Assembly: GCA_032718475.1 (NCBI GenBank)
Contig: JAUCBJ010001376.1
Coordinates: 46,139-110,138 of the forward strand
Source of the DNA: Nemertoderma westbladi
Taxonomy: Eukaryota > Animalia > Xenacoelomorpha
Direction: 5' to 3'
Length of the DNA stretch: 64,000 bases
Shown here: piece after piece, positions 37,319-51,180 of the stretch
Layout of the letters: every line of letters begins with the position of its first letter
How positions within the stretch are numbered: the stretch's first letter is position 1
The notes under the pieces: model-generated
Told to the model about the DNA's origin: nothing
Seen by the model: the letters and a program-made list of their open reading frames with translations, nothing else
Databases searched by the model: none
Position numbers and translations under genes: made by a program

Positions 37319-37908
37319 AATTAAATATATAATGTAAATAGGACAATATGATAATGCTCTCCATAGCGAAAAATATCAACCGGCCCGATTGGGGCTCGAA
37401 CCCGGTTCCTAGGTTTCAAACTTCTGGTTATCATCAGCCGGGTGAGTGTACTGAGCTACCAGATTATCTATCATATTGTCCTATTTACATTATATATTTA
37501 ATTCACTGCGTCACTCGCCCCACAACAATTCACTTATTATTATTAATTAACAGCCTGGGCCAGGAGTACGGGGCTACAGTGGTTTCTACAACACTGTATA
37601 AAAGTTATTCTTTGAGGCATGGTTGCCATTTCTGGCAGAGCACGGGAATAACGAAAGTTGTACTTTACTTTGAGTGATTGTATGGCCTTAATATGATCTT
37701 CCACTCCATAACGAAATATTCATCCGGTCTGGTAGCTCAATACACTCACCCGGCTGATTATAACCAAAAGTTTGAAACCTAGGTACCGGGTTCGAGCCCC
37801 AATCGGGCCGGTTGATATTTTTCGCTATGGAGAGCATTATCATATTGTCCTATTTACATTATATATTTAATTCACCGCGTCACTTGCCCCACAACAGTTC
37901 ACTTATTA
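37319..37908. mobile_element. tRNA-derived SINE (+, ~37722-37908) with an inverted partial copy (37319-37463) and a duplicated tail (37468-37538)
   Basis: TGGTAGCTCAA box A-like, GGGTTCGAGCCC box B; ~145 bp of near-perfect inverted homology. Confidence 0.75.
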
Positions 37909-38372
37909 AATAGCAAAAATAACATAACTATGGTATTTGTCATAAGACACTCGATCACTCTATTTTGAGTGGGCTGTTAACAAATTATGCTTCTCTGTTA
38001 AATGAGTGTAAATTCAATGCCGAGAACCAAAAAAGACAAGGAACTGTAACTTGTGCTCTTGGCTCTCATTTCTAGTTTTGGTGAAAGTAGCTTCAAATGT
38101 AACCTGTACCTTTATCCTAATTGGAAATTAGCATAAATTGTCGTTAATTAATGTTGTCGGCTGTGGTTTTCAGTTGTCGACATAGAGTTTACACCCATTA
38201 CATAGTGGAGACGGGGTTGTGGTGTACTACGTGTTTTAATTAAATTTTTTTTTCAAAATTTCGTTAGTATTAAAATAAAACTAAAGAGAAACCCACCACA
38301 CAGCACAAATAGCAGTTAAAAATTAAAAAATTATAAAAGAGAGTTAATTACAGAAGAGGCGATGTAGATTAA

Positions 38373-38935
38373 TTACCTAGTTGCTGCATATGACGTTCCT
38401 ATCTCGTCTGGCCTTATGGCAGCCCAGCACCATCTTCCAGTCCAAAACCCACTTCTCCCTTTAATGCGTGACCCACGAACGCAATAGGATGCACCTCGGA
38501 TAAGGGCAAACTGAACTCGAGTGCGTACCCAGCCCATGACCACACTGTAGGGCCGCCCACAGATGCTAGGAAGCTTCTCGGCAAAAATTCGAAGTAGTTT
38601 GTTGGCCTGGGGCGCGAGTACCCCGTCAGAAGAGGCCACAAATGGGGCAAAGTCTGCGCGTCGTGTGTCTGCAGACTCGAGAACTGAGTTTGGAGGGCGG
38701 TTGGTGTATGACCTTCATCGTTGATCACCTTCATATCGAACAACGCCAGGGTCTGCCTGTTGAAGGCCCCCCGAACACCTAGATCTCAATGGAGGCCTGC
38801 CTCCCCATCGACCCCTTGACCCTCCCGTACTATGGGTTCTATCACAGTGTTTCGGGGGCCAAACGCCAATGCCGCAAGGTCCCCAACTACGTCCTGAAGT
38901 TCATTATGCCTTTGTATATCTAGCCCACCCACCCT
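38373..38935 (-). mobile_element. Non-LTR retrotransposon 3' fragment with restriction-like endonuclease domain (CRE-like)
   Basis: Across frameshifts: GGLDIQRHNELQD...IEP...DLGVRG...ALFD...FAPFVASSDG...WVRTRVQFALIRGASYCVRGSR. Confidence 0.75.
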
Positions 38936-40932
38936 TCTTACAATTCAGCCCATGATTAAGATCGAAGGGCGCCCCGCAACCATCACATCGGCCATCACTA
39001 CGTGTTTTAATTGGTTATGTAGGTCATTTAGCATTCGGAATTTTCCATATTTATTACGGCCTTCTGTTATATTTGGATTCATCCAAAATGCTAAACGTTG
39101 TGGGGACGTTGCGCCAACGAATTTAATGAGGTTGAAACATTGGACCAGACTGAGGGAAGGATCGGAGACAGTACCCTGCCAATTAGCAGTCTGCACAATG
39201 CAATATCATATAATATATTATGAGTTGAATTCCCAGCAAAGTTTCAAAAATCATTATATATACAGATTTCTTGGACTATTGCAGTATTACCTTTGTGGTG
39301 TAATCCTGCAGCATATGTCAATGTCACAAGGGAGAATGAGTCGAATGTTGAAGGCATTATCTAATGAGAGCAACACAGATTGGTAGTTCACTGTGAGTGG
39401 GTGGAATACATCCCAACCATCAATGTATCCCTTTGTAAGCTTCAGCCCATGAGACAGGCACTGGAACATGGTTGAAAACCATAGGCCTCAAATCACATTT
39501 CCATTAATGCAGGGAACCGTATGGACAAGCCTTCTGATTAAATAAAATCAGAGAAACAGGAAAGGCATTGGAGAATGCTGTACCGACCGTTAATTATATT
39601 TTGTGGTCAATATCAAACCAAGGGATGGAGTTTGTTTATCAGGCTACCCTAAGGAGTCCAAATAGGCCTTCCTTTTCAGACCAGTTGGCCAACTGAGCAA
39701 GCCAACATTAGCTCTTGAATATCAATGAGTGTCTGCAAGATGCTGCTACCATACAATAGATAAGGTATTGAAAATTGTTCACCCATGCTTCTCTTCATAC
39801 ACTGTTGTTCCATTGCATTATGCGTACTTAATAAAGTGTAGAAAGTACTGCCTACTTTTCGCAGTATACCACTTCTTGGCAGCAGCTTCCCAATAATATA
39901 TCTTTGTGGAAAAGGGGGTGGGGTGGGGTTCAAGCTGACACCACAATGTTTTGTTTCTCAGATAATGAATAACGCATAACGTATCCCTAAGCAGTTTAAC
40001 TACCCAATATCTTGAACAATTCACTAATAAAGTGTGAAGCGCAGATGTTTTTGAGTGGACATTACTTGGTTATTAGTTTAGATATCGAGAAGAATTACCA
40101 TTTTACCGAACTCATCATGCACGAAATGTATGCTATTCACATGACTCATGATGTTACATCAGACATTCCCGTAATAATATTCAACCAACAGGGTGGGAGG
40201 TGATAAAATAATAATGCGTAATACCCGATATACCAAGCTATTCACATAAATCAGGTAATAAAAGTTCAAGATAATAGCGTGACCCAAGCAGTTCGGCTGA
40301 ATTCATTATTACAGTTAAACCATAGGGCATCTATAAATTCGACCAGGATCAATACTAAAATGTAAAAACCAATAACTATCCGCCCACTATTATTTGACTA
40401 AAGCACCGACTAATATTTAAAATTTATTGCTAGTGAAACATTGAGAAATATGTTTTACTATACTCAAAATATTATTCAACTGGATAGTGGGAAAATATAT
40501 TATCATTGTATTATCGGTATACAGACAACTCATTTTGGGAATCAGGTCTGTAATTATATAACCTACGTACTTTAATTATAGTTTATTGTTTTGGTTAGAA
40601 ACTCCCGCCAGTGCCCATTTCCCTTAATTCGGTAATTAGTAAAGATTAGTAATTAGGTTTAACACGAGTTGGCTGGACATGAATTGTTGTGTTTTTGCTT
40701 TCATTAGTTAATTTGATTTTTTTATTTATATAACCAAGATAAAATGAATACAAAATCGGAATACAATACATGTCATCGATGGATCATGTTATATTATTTG
40801 AATAACAAATTTAACCTTCCATAATATCATAAATTATTACAAAATGTTGTGAAAAACTATGAAATTAAAAAGGTACAATCATTAAGCAAATAATAATGTA
40901 CAAAACTAACCTACCATATTTTCATTCCGCAG

Positions 40933-41007
40933 AACAAATTGGATGCAAAATGATCGATTTTGATGAAATGAGTGATATGATTGGGGACCAAAACAAAGTT
41001 CATTCAC
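40933..41007 (+). CDS. CACNG2-like: TARP/stargazin-like, coding exon 2
   Basis: TTCCGCAG acceptor and GTAAGT donor, phase 1/1; encodes EQIGCKMIDFDEMSDMIGDQNKVHS, supplying the second extracellular-loop Cys (cf. CKQID in stargazin). Confidence 0.85.
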
Positions 41008-42099
41008 GTAAGTTTTACTACTATAAGAATTATTGTATAGATTTAATTTACAACCACATTCTGTGATTGATCGTAGATGCAGTCAAGTGTACATAACAAG
41101 CTGTATGTAACACATTTGTTGCAACTTGTAAATGGCAGGGTAGACAAATTGTCAATGTAAGAATTTCAGAAATGTATTTTCTAGGTACAATTCGAATTGT
41201 TATGGTCTTTACTTAAGTTTTCTTAAGCATGGACTTCCTTCCTGAAGGTTGTGCGTTTGAGCAACAGATCAGTTCAATCGCTAAGCTGTTAACTTTATGG
41301 ATCTTCCTATGTACGATTCAACATCGGGAGTAAAAGTGGTGCCCTTGCTTCGGTATGTTAACTACTGATAGAGGGGAACCTTCACATTGCCTCCAGTGTC
41401 ATACTTGTTGCCTCCACTAAGAACCATGTCTGACAATTACATTGCCTTTCTAAGGGCAGGGATCTTTGGGCTCTAAACATATGGAATATCCCACCTTTTA
41501 TTCCCCTCCTCCGTATCCCAACCTTTTTTTACAAAATCTTCATGAATTAAGATAAAATATGATAAAGTCTGACAATATGGATATATTTAACCACGTTTTA
41601 TTTAACCATGTTTTAGATGAGTGATAGGCGTGATTGATGGCCATTTAGAAAGAAAGTCTTCTAAGAAACTGTCTGTCAGAATCAGTAACATCTGGTGGCT
41701 ATGAATAATAATTTTATGTTATGATGACATATGAGACCACCTCTTTTATTATTAAACAATTCGTACCAATATGCTAATATATTTAGGCCTACTAAACTTT
41801 TGGTACGATTTGTCTATTCTGGATCAAAATGATCAAAATATATACTCATTATTACACGTAAACTTTACTTGTAAAGTAATTTGCAACTTGATAACTTGAT
41901 GTTGAAAATCATCACATATTGAAAAATATTATTATTACACGTATGGATAAGATAAGCTGCCAGTTCATTATAAGACTTACCACAACTTCACGCAAAGTAT
42001 GACCAAAGCACCAAAGACCAATTTTGCCAGTGTAGTATATTCAGCAAATTCACCCCATCATCATAGACATGAATAAAACAAAGAGAGTTCCACAAGAAA

Positions 42100-44380
42100 T
42101 GATAACAGATAAGTTGGTCGCTGTCACCAAGAAGGGCAACGGTTTCCGATGTGGATAGTTGTGGATTATTCCCCTGAGGTCTTTAAAACCACATATGTTC
42201 AGCATGGATATAGGACACTTTCCCCCCGGACACTTCCCCCCCGGACACTTCCCCCCCGCCCAAGTAGGACACTTCCCCCCGGACACTTGCCCCCCGGACA
42301 CTCCCCCCCCCCCCCCCCCCCAGTTAAAGTGTTAAAATTAATCTGGGTGCATCAAAGCAATAAACAAAAGTTAAAGATGGTTACAGGACAAGTTGTATCT
42401 AGACAAGTTTTTTCAAAATTATAAAAGAAACATTTTTATAGTCAAATTTTGTTTGTTTTTATTTTAATTCCTTTAATTCTTTTAATTTCTTTTAATTGGG
42501 GGCTGCCGCCCCCAAACCCCCGCTTCTTTTCTTGGGGGCTACCGCCCCCAAACCCCCGCTTCTTTTCTTGGGGCTGCCGCCCCCAAACCCCCGCTTCTTT
42601 TCTTGGAGGTTATCGCCCCCAGACCCCGGCATTTCCCTGACTGCCCGTGGTGGAAGACTTAAGACCATTTTGAAATAATTAATTCATGTTTGTATCATCA
42701 GATAATAAATTGACTAAGCCTAAAGTAGGAGCTGTATTGAATGTTAACCAATTTAATATATAAATTACTACAATATTATATAATTCAACAAAATCCTATT
42801 AAAAATATTGCAAGTAACCAGGAAATTTAATATGTAGTGTGTATAATATCTATATAGTATGTATAGTAGTAATATGTATATCAATATGTAATGCTGAACA
42901 CAGAATACAGGTCGACGCATGTCGATTTTACCCTGGAGAGGTATAATTTTGATTGCAACAATAATATTCATCCCCATCTGCTACAATTTGAAGAAGACTA
43001 TTACATAATAATACCTATAATTAAAACAATTAATTATTATAATTCTATAGTTAATAAAAACAGTATATCATTCCGGGGATGGAATTTATAGGTCATCTAA
43101 TATAATTAATTGTTTAAAGATTAGCAAACAATACAATGTAATTGCATTGATAAAACCCATAAATAAAACTTGGATATAAAATGTAAAATCGGGATGCAAA
43201 AGATCACTTTCTGAGCTACGAAAGGAAAATTGGATATAACTTATCTGGATACATGCGGTCCGTGTACCTTACAAAATTAAAAATACGAATGTGCGAAGTT
43301 TAGAACAGTCGGGGGGGAAGTGTCCGCGGGGGGGAAGTGTCTGGGGGGGAAGTGTCCGGGGGGGAAGTGTCCTACTTGAGCGGGGGGGAACTGTCCGGGT
43401 GGGAATTGTCCGGGGGGGAAGTGTCCGAACACCGTTCAGCATACTTGCTGCATATGGGATTCCTGAAGAATTATTACAGTGTACTATTTGTGTCTACTGC
43501 TGATGGTGGTGACACATGTCCTCAGACCATCATAATAAAGATATGGTGATGGTAAAGGTAACACCCTCTAATGCTTACTTAGTAGAGGAAATCCAGTCAA
43601 GTACCTTACTGCTCTGACTTTGCTGATGATATAATAGTACTGTCAGAATCACGACAGAAAGACCAAAGGCTCATCTGCTCATTGGAGCAGGCTGCTTCTA
43701 GTGTTGGTCTTTTTGTAAATTCCACGAAGACCTGTTCCCAAGACCCAAGAAATGTTGATAGTGCACTTTGACAACCATCAGGAAATATCTGATCATATGA
43801 GCATAAGCTCCAAGGATGGCTTGGTGGGCGTATGAATGATGTCTTTTGCAAATTTGGATTATGGAAGTTAGGTAAAGACATTCGGATTCATAAGGTGCTG
43901 CATGAGCAGCATTGAATACTCTGTGCAGGATTTCGAAGTCCAAGCAGTAGAACCAGTACTCCAATATTGGGGTCTGTAATGCGCTCCAACTGCTGAGGAC
44001 ACCACATCTTTGGATGGCATTTATAAGAGAATTGTATGCCGGGTTTATTGTGTTAAGTACAATGAACACATCTCCAATCAGACACTATACAACATCGGAA
44101 GTGTCGCTTTAGTCCGCCAAGCTTGACACTTGAATGGAACCGCCTCCACTTCGCAGGACATTGCTTTCGCCGAGAGAACCAGGCAGTAAATAATCCAAGT
44201 GCTGCGGCCTCATGGAGTGAATAAGCATGCTGGACAGTCAATGACTTTCTTGAGACGCATCTTAAAGGACAATGACCTTGAAGATGCGGATGATCTAGCA
44301 AATGTCATGGGTGATAGGGAGTTTTGGTGGAGCAATGTAGCCAGCCATAATAGTATCTGGAAATCAGCTCAGTTATTCTT
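42100..44380 (+). mobile_element. Decayed RTE-type LINE, interrupted by the MITE at 42206-43433
   Basis: MFSILAAYGIPEEL is rejoined across the MITE TSD; GACTTTGCTGATGAT (DFADD) at ~43616; 3' end shared with the other RTE copies. Confidence 0.75.
42206..43433. mobile_element. Non-autonomous Mutator/MULE-type element (1228 bp) with 9-bp TSD
   Basis: TSD GTTCAGCAT at 42197-42205 and 43434-43442; imperfect TIRs GGATATAGGACAC / GTGTCCGAACACC; subterminal GGACACTTCCCCCC arrays in inverted orientation; internal ~36-bp repeats at 42497-42640. Confidence 0.85.
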
Positions 44381-44849
44381 ATAGACATGCTATTGTCTAT
44401 AAGGCATTATACAGGCATTATAGACATGGTGCTATACAATCATGATGGAACCTCCCTGGTAAAACCTGGAATAATAACATGAAATCCCACTGATTCAAAA
44501 TAGCCCTGATATTACTCATTGCTATGTCTAGACGAAATTGTGCTATGGCCACTTACTGTCTTAAATTGGCAGCAGAGCAGTGTGTCATTCAATAACTTCC
44601 CTCTGACGGGGAGGAAACTGAACCTGGAAAATGTGTGGTTGACTTGATGATAAAGTGTAGTTATTTATGGGTCTGATTGCATAGTACCATCATTGGGTAA
44701 GCCGATCATGTATTTATGTATTTACTTTCTCGCTTATAAGCTCATATTGAGAATAAAATAATGGCCCTGCAGTTTCGCCCTACTCACTTGGACTTCCTAC
44801 AGTTTGCAAACCATAGTTAATGAGACTCAAAATTGTATTAGTACTGGCA

Positions 44850-45250
44850 ACAACAATGAGTGCTCAACTATCGATCAATTTTCCACTACAGTCTATAGTA
44901 GAATTTTCGCAACCGCTGCATCTGTTTCCGACGGATCGAATATATGACTGACGGATTAACGCGATAATCAATGCCGACAAGGGAGGTGGAACCCTTGTTG
45001 AGATTAATTAACCTCTTTCTCATCCTGTATAGATCATCTGGCCAACAAATATTTAAATTCTTACGAAATTTATTTGTCTCCAAAAATAATAGGGTTTTTT
45101 TCAAAGTGAACGTTTAGATTCTAAAGTGTAACTTAGCCTTCTAATTCAATTTGAAACGTATCTGATGATACTCTATAACGGCCTCTTAATAAAGGCCCAT
45201 TCGGCTTTCACGGTTTGTGTTGGTTTTAGTTACCAACTGGTAAGGGTATT
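44850..45250 (-). mobile_element. Possible Penelope-like GIY-YIG remnant
   Basis: Minus strand VIYSI followed, after a frameshift, by CSGCENSTIDCSGK resembles VIYxIxCxxCxxxYIGxSG; very degraded. Confidence 0.35.
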
Positions 45251-45402
45251 TGCTTCTCGCTGATTAATATTATAAATAAATGAAATAATGTTTGCATTAG
45301 TGACCTTATAGTCTACAGTTATAGTCTATTTTACAATTCATCTAATAATAAGTATACTTCATTAAGTAATCCAGTCTTTACTAAATTTTACATTTATTTC
45401 AG

Positions 45403-45543
45403 TTGTATCTAAACTGTCTAACTCCTTGCCAATAATTTCGTTACTTCTGATTTTTCTTGGAGGACTTTCCTGTTTTATTGGAGTCGTTAGCGAAAAACGA
45501 AATCGTCTGGTGCTTGTAGCTTCCATATTCTTTGTTAGTGCAG
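45403..45543 (+). CDS. CACNG2-like: TARP/stargazin-like, coding exon 3
   Basis: TTTCAG acceptor, GTCAGT donor, phase 1/1; LPIISLLLIFLGGLSCF...LVASIFFVSA matches TARP TM2-TM3. Not in the ORF track. Confidence 0.92.
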
Positions 45544-45649
45544 GTCAGTTGATTTAACTATTTTATAATGGTGATTATTCAACCAGCCGGGGTAAATACT
45601 ATACATTATACATTAATACTAAACACAGGTTGAATTACACCTAACTGAT

Positions 45650-46260
45650 TGTGTACGGACAATTCCGACCCACAAAGATCTCGAATAAAATTTTCATTGA
45701 TCGGAATTTTCCGGATCCAGCATAGGACAATTCCGAACCAAAATAATTTAAAAATAATAATAATAATGAATAATAATTTTATTGTACATTACATTGTTTT
45801 ATTATTCAACAACATAACAGTGCTGTGTCCATGGGTATTTCTGTGTTCTAGACACGTTTGCTATGTAATTTTAGAGTTGCATAGTATTTTTAAAATTGCA
45901 TGTGTACGGTACAAGTGTCTTTTGGGCACATCCACATACTAGCTAGCTTTTGCTATTTGCTTTAAATGTTCTAAAACATACTGGCCATCAATTAAGAAAA
46001 TATTAGTGTTCTAGAACACAGAGTTTTGTTATTGATTACCGGTAATTTCTATTAATTATTTTTATTTATTTGTATCAGGACAATTCCGACTTGGACAATT
46101 CCGACCCATGAAAATTTCATTAGATCTTTGAATGGGTCGGAATTGTCCTGGTGGGAATTGTCCAGGTCGCAATTGTCCGGGTCGGAGTTGTCCGGTGCGG
46201 AATTGTCCGGTGCGGAATTGTCCGGGTCGGAATTGTCCGGTGCGGAATTGTCCTAACTTC
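45650..46260. mobile_element. Non-autonomous MULE-type element with 9-bp TSD
   Basis: CTAACTGAT at 45641-45649 and 46261-46269; GGACAATTCCGAC / GGAATTGTCC 15-bp subterminal arrays. Confidence 0.8.
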
Positions 46261-49200
46261 CTAACTGATACACCTCATTAACTACACCAAAACACTAAAA
46301 TAATTATGCTTATCACCCTGATTTATTTTTTATATTAATATATTGAACCTGGATAAACCTATTAAACCGTGCTAAGCACAATGAACTGTAGCACTGGAGC
46401 TCTGACAATTCTCCCGCTAGCGGCAGACAGAGGAACTATAAAAGTCTGTCTGTGTGTAGAATTTCTACTCAAGCAATGCTCGTAGGTTACTACTACCAAA
46501 TTTCAGATGAATGTGATAGTTGGTTCTATAATTTAATTACAGCTACTTTTACGTTTCTGTCAATAGAGAAACTATAGAAGTCTGTCTGTATGTAGAATTT
46601 TTAAACGTTACTTGTGTACCAAGTTTGGTTCCATTTCATCCACGATTGACATCTAATTCCATACTTTCGGATTCAACTGCAAGCCCCTACCAGCCCCTCC
46701 CCCTCCTACCCCCCCCCCCCCCCCCCCCCCCCCCCGCATCAAACACCCCACAGTGGGGCTGAACCAACCTTTTATAAAAGAAAAATAAATGCCCAGACAA
46801 AATGATTTCATAACTAATAATGACGTCGATGAATTTACTCAAATTTATATTTTTTATAGTAAATATATCCACTGCATCAAAAAAAAAGAAACAAATTGTT
46901 GGGCATTTATGTATTCTTATTTTATCATAGGTAGTAATAATAGTTATTTTATTTATCATTACAAATTAAAAAGGCTTCGGTATTTTTTTTAAACTAGATT
47001 CTAGTAATTATGGATAGTCTGGTTTGTAAGTTGAAAGTAAAAACAAAATACGGGTATTTATTTAATACATTTTAATTTATAATTAATTAACTAGTATTAA
47101 TAAATTATTTAGTTAAATAATTCAAAAAGACACCGACAAAATGATTTTAAAATTATCCAATAAGTTCTTAGGATGGGAAGTTGAATTTGAAAAATTAGAC
47201 GAAATATACCTGCGCATTTTTCTTTTATAAAAATTCGGTTATAAATAGTATTACTAATTTATTAAATACTATTTAAGAAAAAAGACACCGGCAGAGAATT
47301 TTGAAAATATCATTTTTGAAATCAGGGCGCTGAAATGTACCAACCCCCCCCCCCCCCCCCCCCCCCCCCCTCTCTCTCTCTCTCTCTCGCCTCCAACCCT
47401 CTGGTCTCCACACCCACCCCCTCAAACACTATCGATTGATCAACGTTACCACTATTAATTACCAGAGTAGCTAGATGTTGAATTATATTGTACACAGTGT
47501 TCTTTATAAGCTATAAACATTTTTTATAACTTAGAAAAATTAATTTTATTTTATTACATTGATTAGTATTAGTCATAATTACAACTTTACATTAACTTCA
47601 TAGACAGAACCAACTTTTAGTCTACGAAAAATGTCCGGCCAAACTAATTGCAGTTTTTTATTAAGTTCAAAGCGCAGATTCCAAAAAAGATAATTAAAAA
47701 TCTTATGCTGGTAATTTTTATGGTAAATGTAATCTATTATTGGCTTTTAAAACTAATTATCAAATTGGGAATAAACCTACCAATCTGCTGACTGTTTTCA
47801 ACTGATCACTTATTGCATACATGTCATGCCATGCACATACCTACCGATGCGGTTTTATACTACAATTATAGCAGCATGAAATAGAGGCAATGAAATAAAG
47901 TTGCTGAATCGACTGCTGATGAAAAAAACTGCACATGAAACTTTCTTTCTTAACAAAATTGAGGTACGCTTATGATCACTTCTTTAAATATATGCATCCC
48001 ATCTTCTACTTGCTTTTCTGTCAAAAAAATTTATGAGAAAATATTTAAGTAAAATGATCGGGTTATGTTGGTATTACATTTGATTATCAAATTTTCGTTA
48101 CAACGTTAAATTTATACAATAAAAATAATTAATTGATACCTTAATGTATTATAAAAAAATTATAAAATGTATTATATTTGCTTCAGTTCTCAAATTTTAT
48201 AATATGAATTGATAGCCAATCAAAGAATAAAGTAAAGGAGAATTTTCGTTATCAAGAAACGAGTGATGGGATCGATAGTATCCCATCACTTACCGATAGT
48301 ACCGATATTGAAAATAAACTTGAAAAAATACTAGATTTGGACCGATATTTTTAATATTTTCAGCTAAAGAAGGTAGTTTTATAACATTCAGTATTATAAC
48401 ATGATCTGCATTTTAACCACATTGTTTGTTTTAAACTTTAGACCAGTGTAGTCATGGCTACAAGTATTCTTGGAATTATGATGGGAACATTATTAATTTA
48501 AAAACGTTCTCGGCAAACTCTGATATTTTCCAGAGTTGTAAGTAAATATTCTTTGAATGAAATTCAACTATTATTTCACAAATATTTACTAAGATAAATT
48601 GTTGTTAATTCTTTACCATATTCTCACAATAAACCCAGAAAACAAATAGTTTCTAATCCATGATTGACTTAATAAACCAAACATAGATTTGTTGTTATTA
48701 TATTTTATTACATTTTTCTACAAAACCACATTTTGGTTTAATACTTTTTTTATAACTTTGACACTGTGAAGGTCTTTAAATGACAATTGTTTCAGTTTTA
48801 CTCGCTTTACTTAAATTATTTAATTATTCGTTTTTTTATTAATTTGTAAGAAATTATTTAAATAAACAGCGTTGGTGTGAATGAAAAAACATAAAGCATT
48901 TCAGGTTCTGCAGCAGGTGTAACGGGGTTGGGAGAAAAAACTCATAAGAAGGAAATTGAATTTATCCTTGGTGACAGGAGCGACTAAGGGCTCGTTCAAT
49001 CAATCCGACCTAGCCTTGGGGCCATCAGTAGTGCGGTTATTGGAGTCTCAACCATCCTATAATTATGGGATCTGACATGCAAAGTAATTGAGTCTCCAGT
49101 CAATTGTCATACATGAGACAGGGTGAGGGAAATAGTAATCCAAATTAATTACCCTTTTTTAATAATATATGATCGTTATCTCTGAACTTGGATTAATTAT

Positions 49201-49869
49201 TAAGCTGTAGTTTAAAGCTGAAATTGGAATGAACACATCCAGAAATTTATCATAGTCATCAAAATAATAATTTGTTTAAGCTCATAGTTCACTAATGTGA
49301 TGTAAACAAAATAAATCCCTTTACAACAACCCTATAATTAATTTCAAAGCAAATGCATTTTTAAGGCTTCAGATGGATAGGTATTTTCAAAGTAACTTAG
49401 TATTCATAACGCCTCGCCAGGGGCAATGGAGAGTAGCAAGGGAAACAGGTAGTCCTTGTTCATTACTCTCTGTCGAGATGTAATCAATGCTTGCTACTGA
49501 TGCAGAAGTGAAGCTGGGGTGGAGGATTGAGGAAGCATGTACCTACATTCTACATGCTAAAGTGGCTAAGGCCCTAGGCTTAACCCTGAGGCAGGCCTTT
49601 CCCTGTCCATCCCAAGACCTATGCACCACATGTCCAAGGAGATGGGATCACATTGTAATCGTGAAAGCGACATGCATAAATCCATGTACAGGCTGTGTAG
49701 GATTTGGCTTCGGTGGATGTCCTTGAATTAATTAACGCCGCAACTTCCGCAAGAAATTAAGGAAATGGCAAGGAGATAACAGATCTGATATACATCTTGG
49801 GCAATTATTACAGCAATCCAGCCGTAAGAAGGCTGTCAATGAATTACCTAACCACAAGTTTCAGCAAAA

Positions 49870-50480
49870 ATCGTGCAACATACCTACAGACAGTAGATGT
49901 ACCTACCAATAAGGCCAACGGATAGTACATGTATATGTACCTGCAGACAGTACTTGTTTCTACCAGATATTAGCCTACAAACAGTTTTATGTATGTGCCT
50001 GTCAGACAGTGGCCTACAGCCCTTGAGCCTACAGAAATACAGACAGCATATGTACCTATAGACATTGCATGCAGAAATAGGCAGTAGATGTACGGTACGT
50101 ACCTTCAGATAGATAGTAAAGTACCTATAGGTAGATCATGTACCAAGAGAAAGTACACATATAACTAGGGACAGTACGTGAACCTAGAGACTGTAGATGT
50201 ACCTGTACCTCGAGACTGGGTACCTATACACAGTATAGTATTAGAACATGGACCTGCAGTCAGTACTAATACAGGCAGTACTACAGGTTGTAGTACATAT
50301 GTACCTACCTACAGGGAGCACATGTGTACAGCCGGGTATAAATGGGCCTTTAGGGAATGTACCTTACACAGAGTAATAGTACATGTACCTATAGTCAGTG
50401 CATATTTACCGCTTACAGGCAGTATGAGGAGGTAAACGTTACGCGTAAACCTACACACGCCTAGTACACATACATGTACC
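49870..50480. repeat. Decayed minisatellite-like region rich in GTACCTACAG / ACAGTA motifs
   Basis: Recurrent (A/G)TGTACCT and ACAGTA at irregular spacing. Confidence 0.55.
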
Positions 50481-50816
50481 AGCCTGCCGGTAATCCAATA
50501 CATGTGACAGTTGATCCTCAAACTGTTGATTCTCAATTAAATTATTTTTCCAATCTCTCGTTTATTGATTTTGTTCCTTTCAACACGACTCTGTATAACC
50601 CGCTACTTTATTAACCTGCCTACAAGTAGGTATAGGGGTGTAAGTGTTGGCGTATCGTTTAACCCCAGTATGAGTATAAGTACCTATAGACAGTAAGCCA
50701 GACAGCAGTTTATTACAAATTCAATCGAAATCATAGGCTTTAATTACGGCGCCAATTGTACCACCCAGCACCCGTTCAAGTACTACTGAAAAAAACGGAC
50801 AGGGAAAAGGCATCTT

Positions 50817-51180
50817 CATGATTGCCACTCACCTGGAATACCTAGTATAGTCAGGGAATTTAATTTCTTCTTGAAATGTCGGGGAATTTGATATATACAG
50901 ACAAGTTTCAAATAATAATAGAAAATGTGTAAAATTGTCTCTGCTCGCTTCGCTCTCCAATCAATTTCCTCACATCACTAAATATATAGGTGCAGTCTAA
51001 TCACACTCTAACTCGTAAATTTGTTTGGAATATAATAAATCGGCTTATATTCTATGTTCAATAAAAATGTAGTGTACCTGCAGTCAGGTAATTTTTTCAA
51101 AATGCCAGGGATTTCCCTGGCAGGCATTTTCCTTGATATTTATCAAGGAAAATTGAAACTGAACTAGAGTGGCAACCCTG
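50817..51180. mobile_element. hAT-like MITE remnant
   Basis: Right end GTGGCAACCCTG (reverse complement CAGGGTTGCCAC), degenerate left end CATGATTGCCAC, internal CAGGGAATTT-type repeats; no TSD seen. Confidence 0.45.

Noticed and set aside
42050-43549. Gly/Pro-rich repeat ORFs (GGKCP, PPPNPRFF, RGGSV)
   Set aside because: Translations of MITE subterminal and internal repeats.
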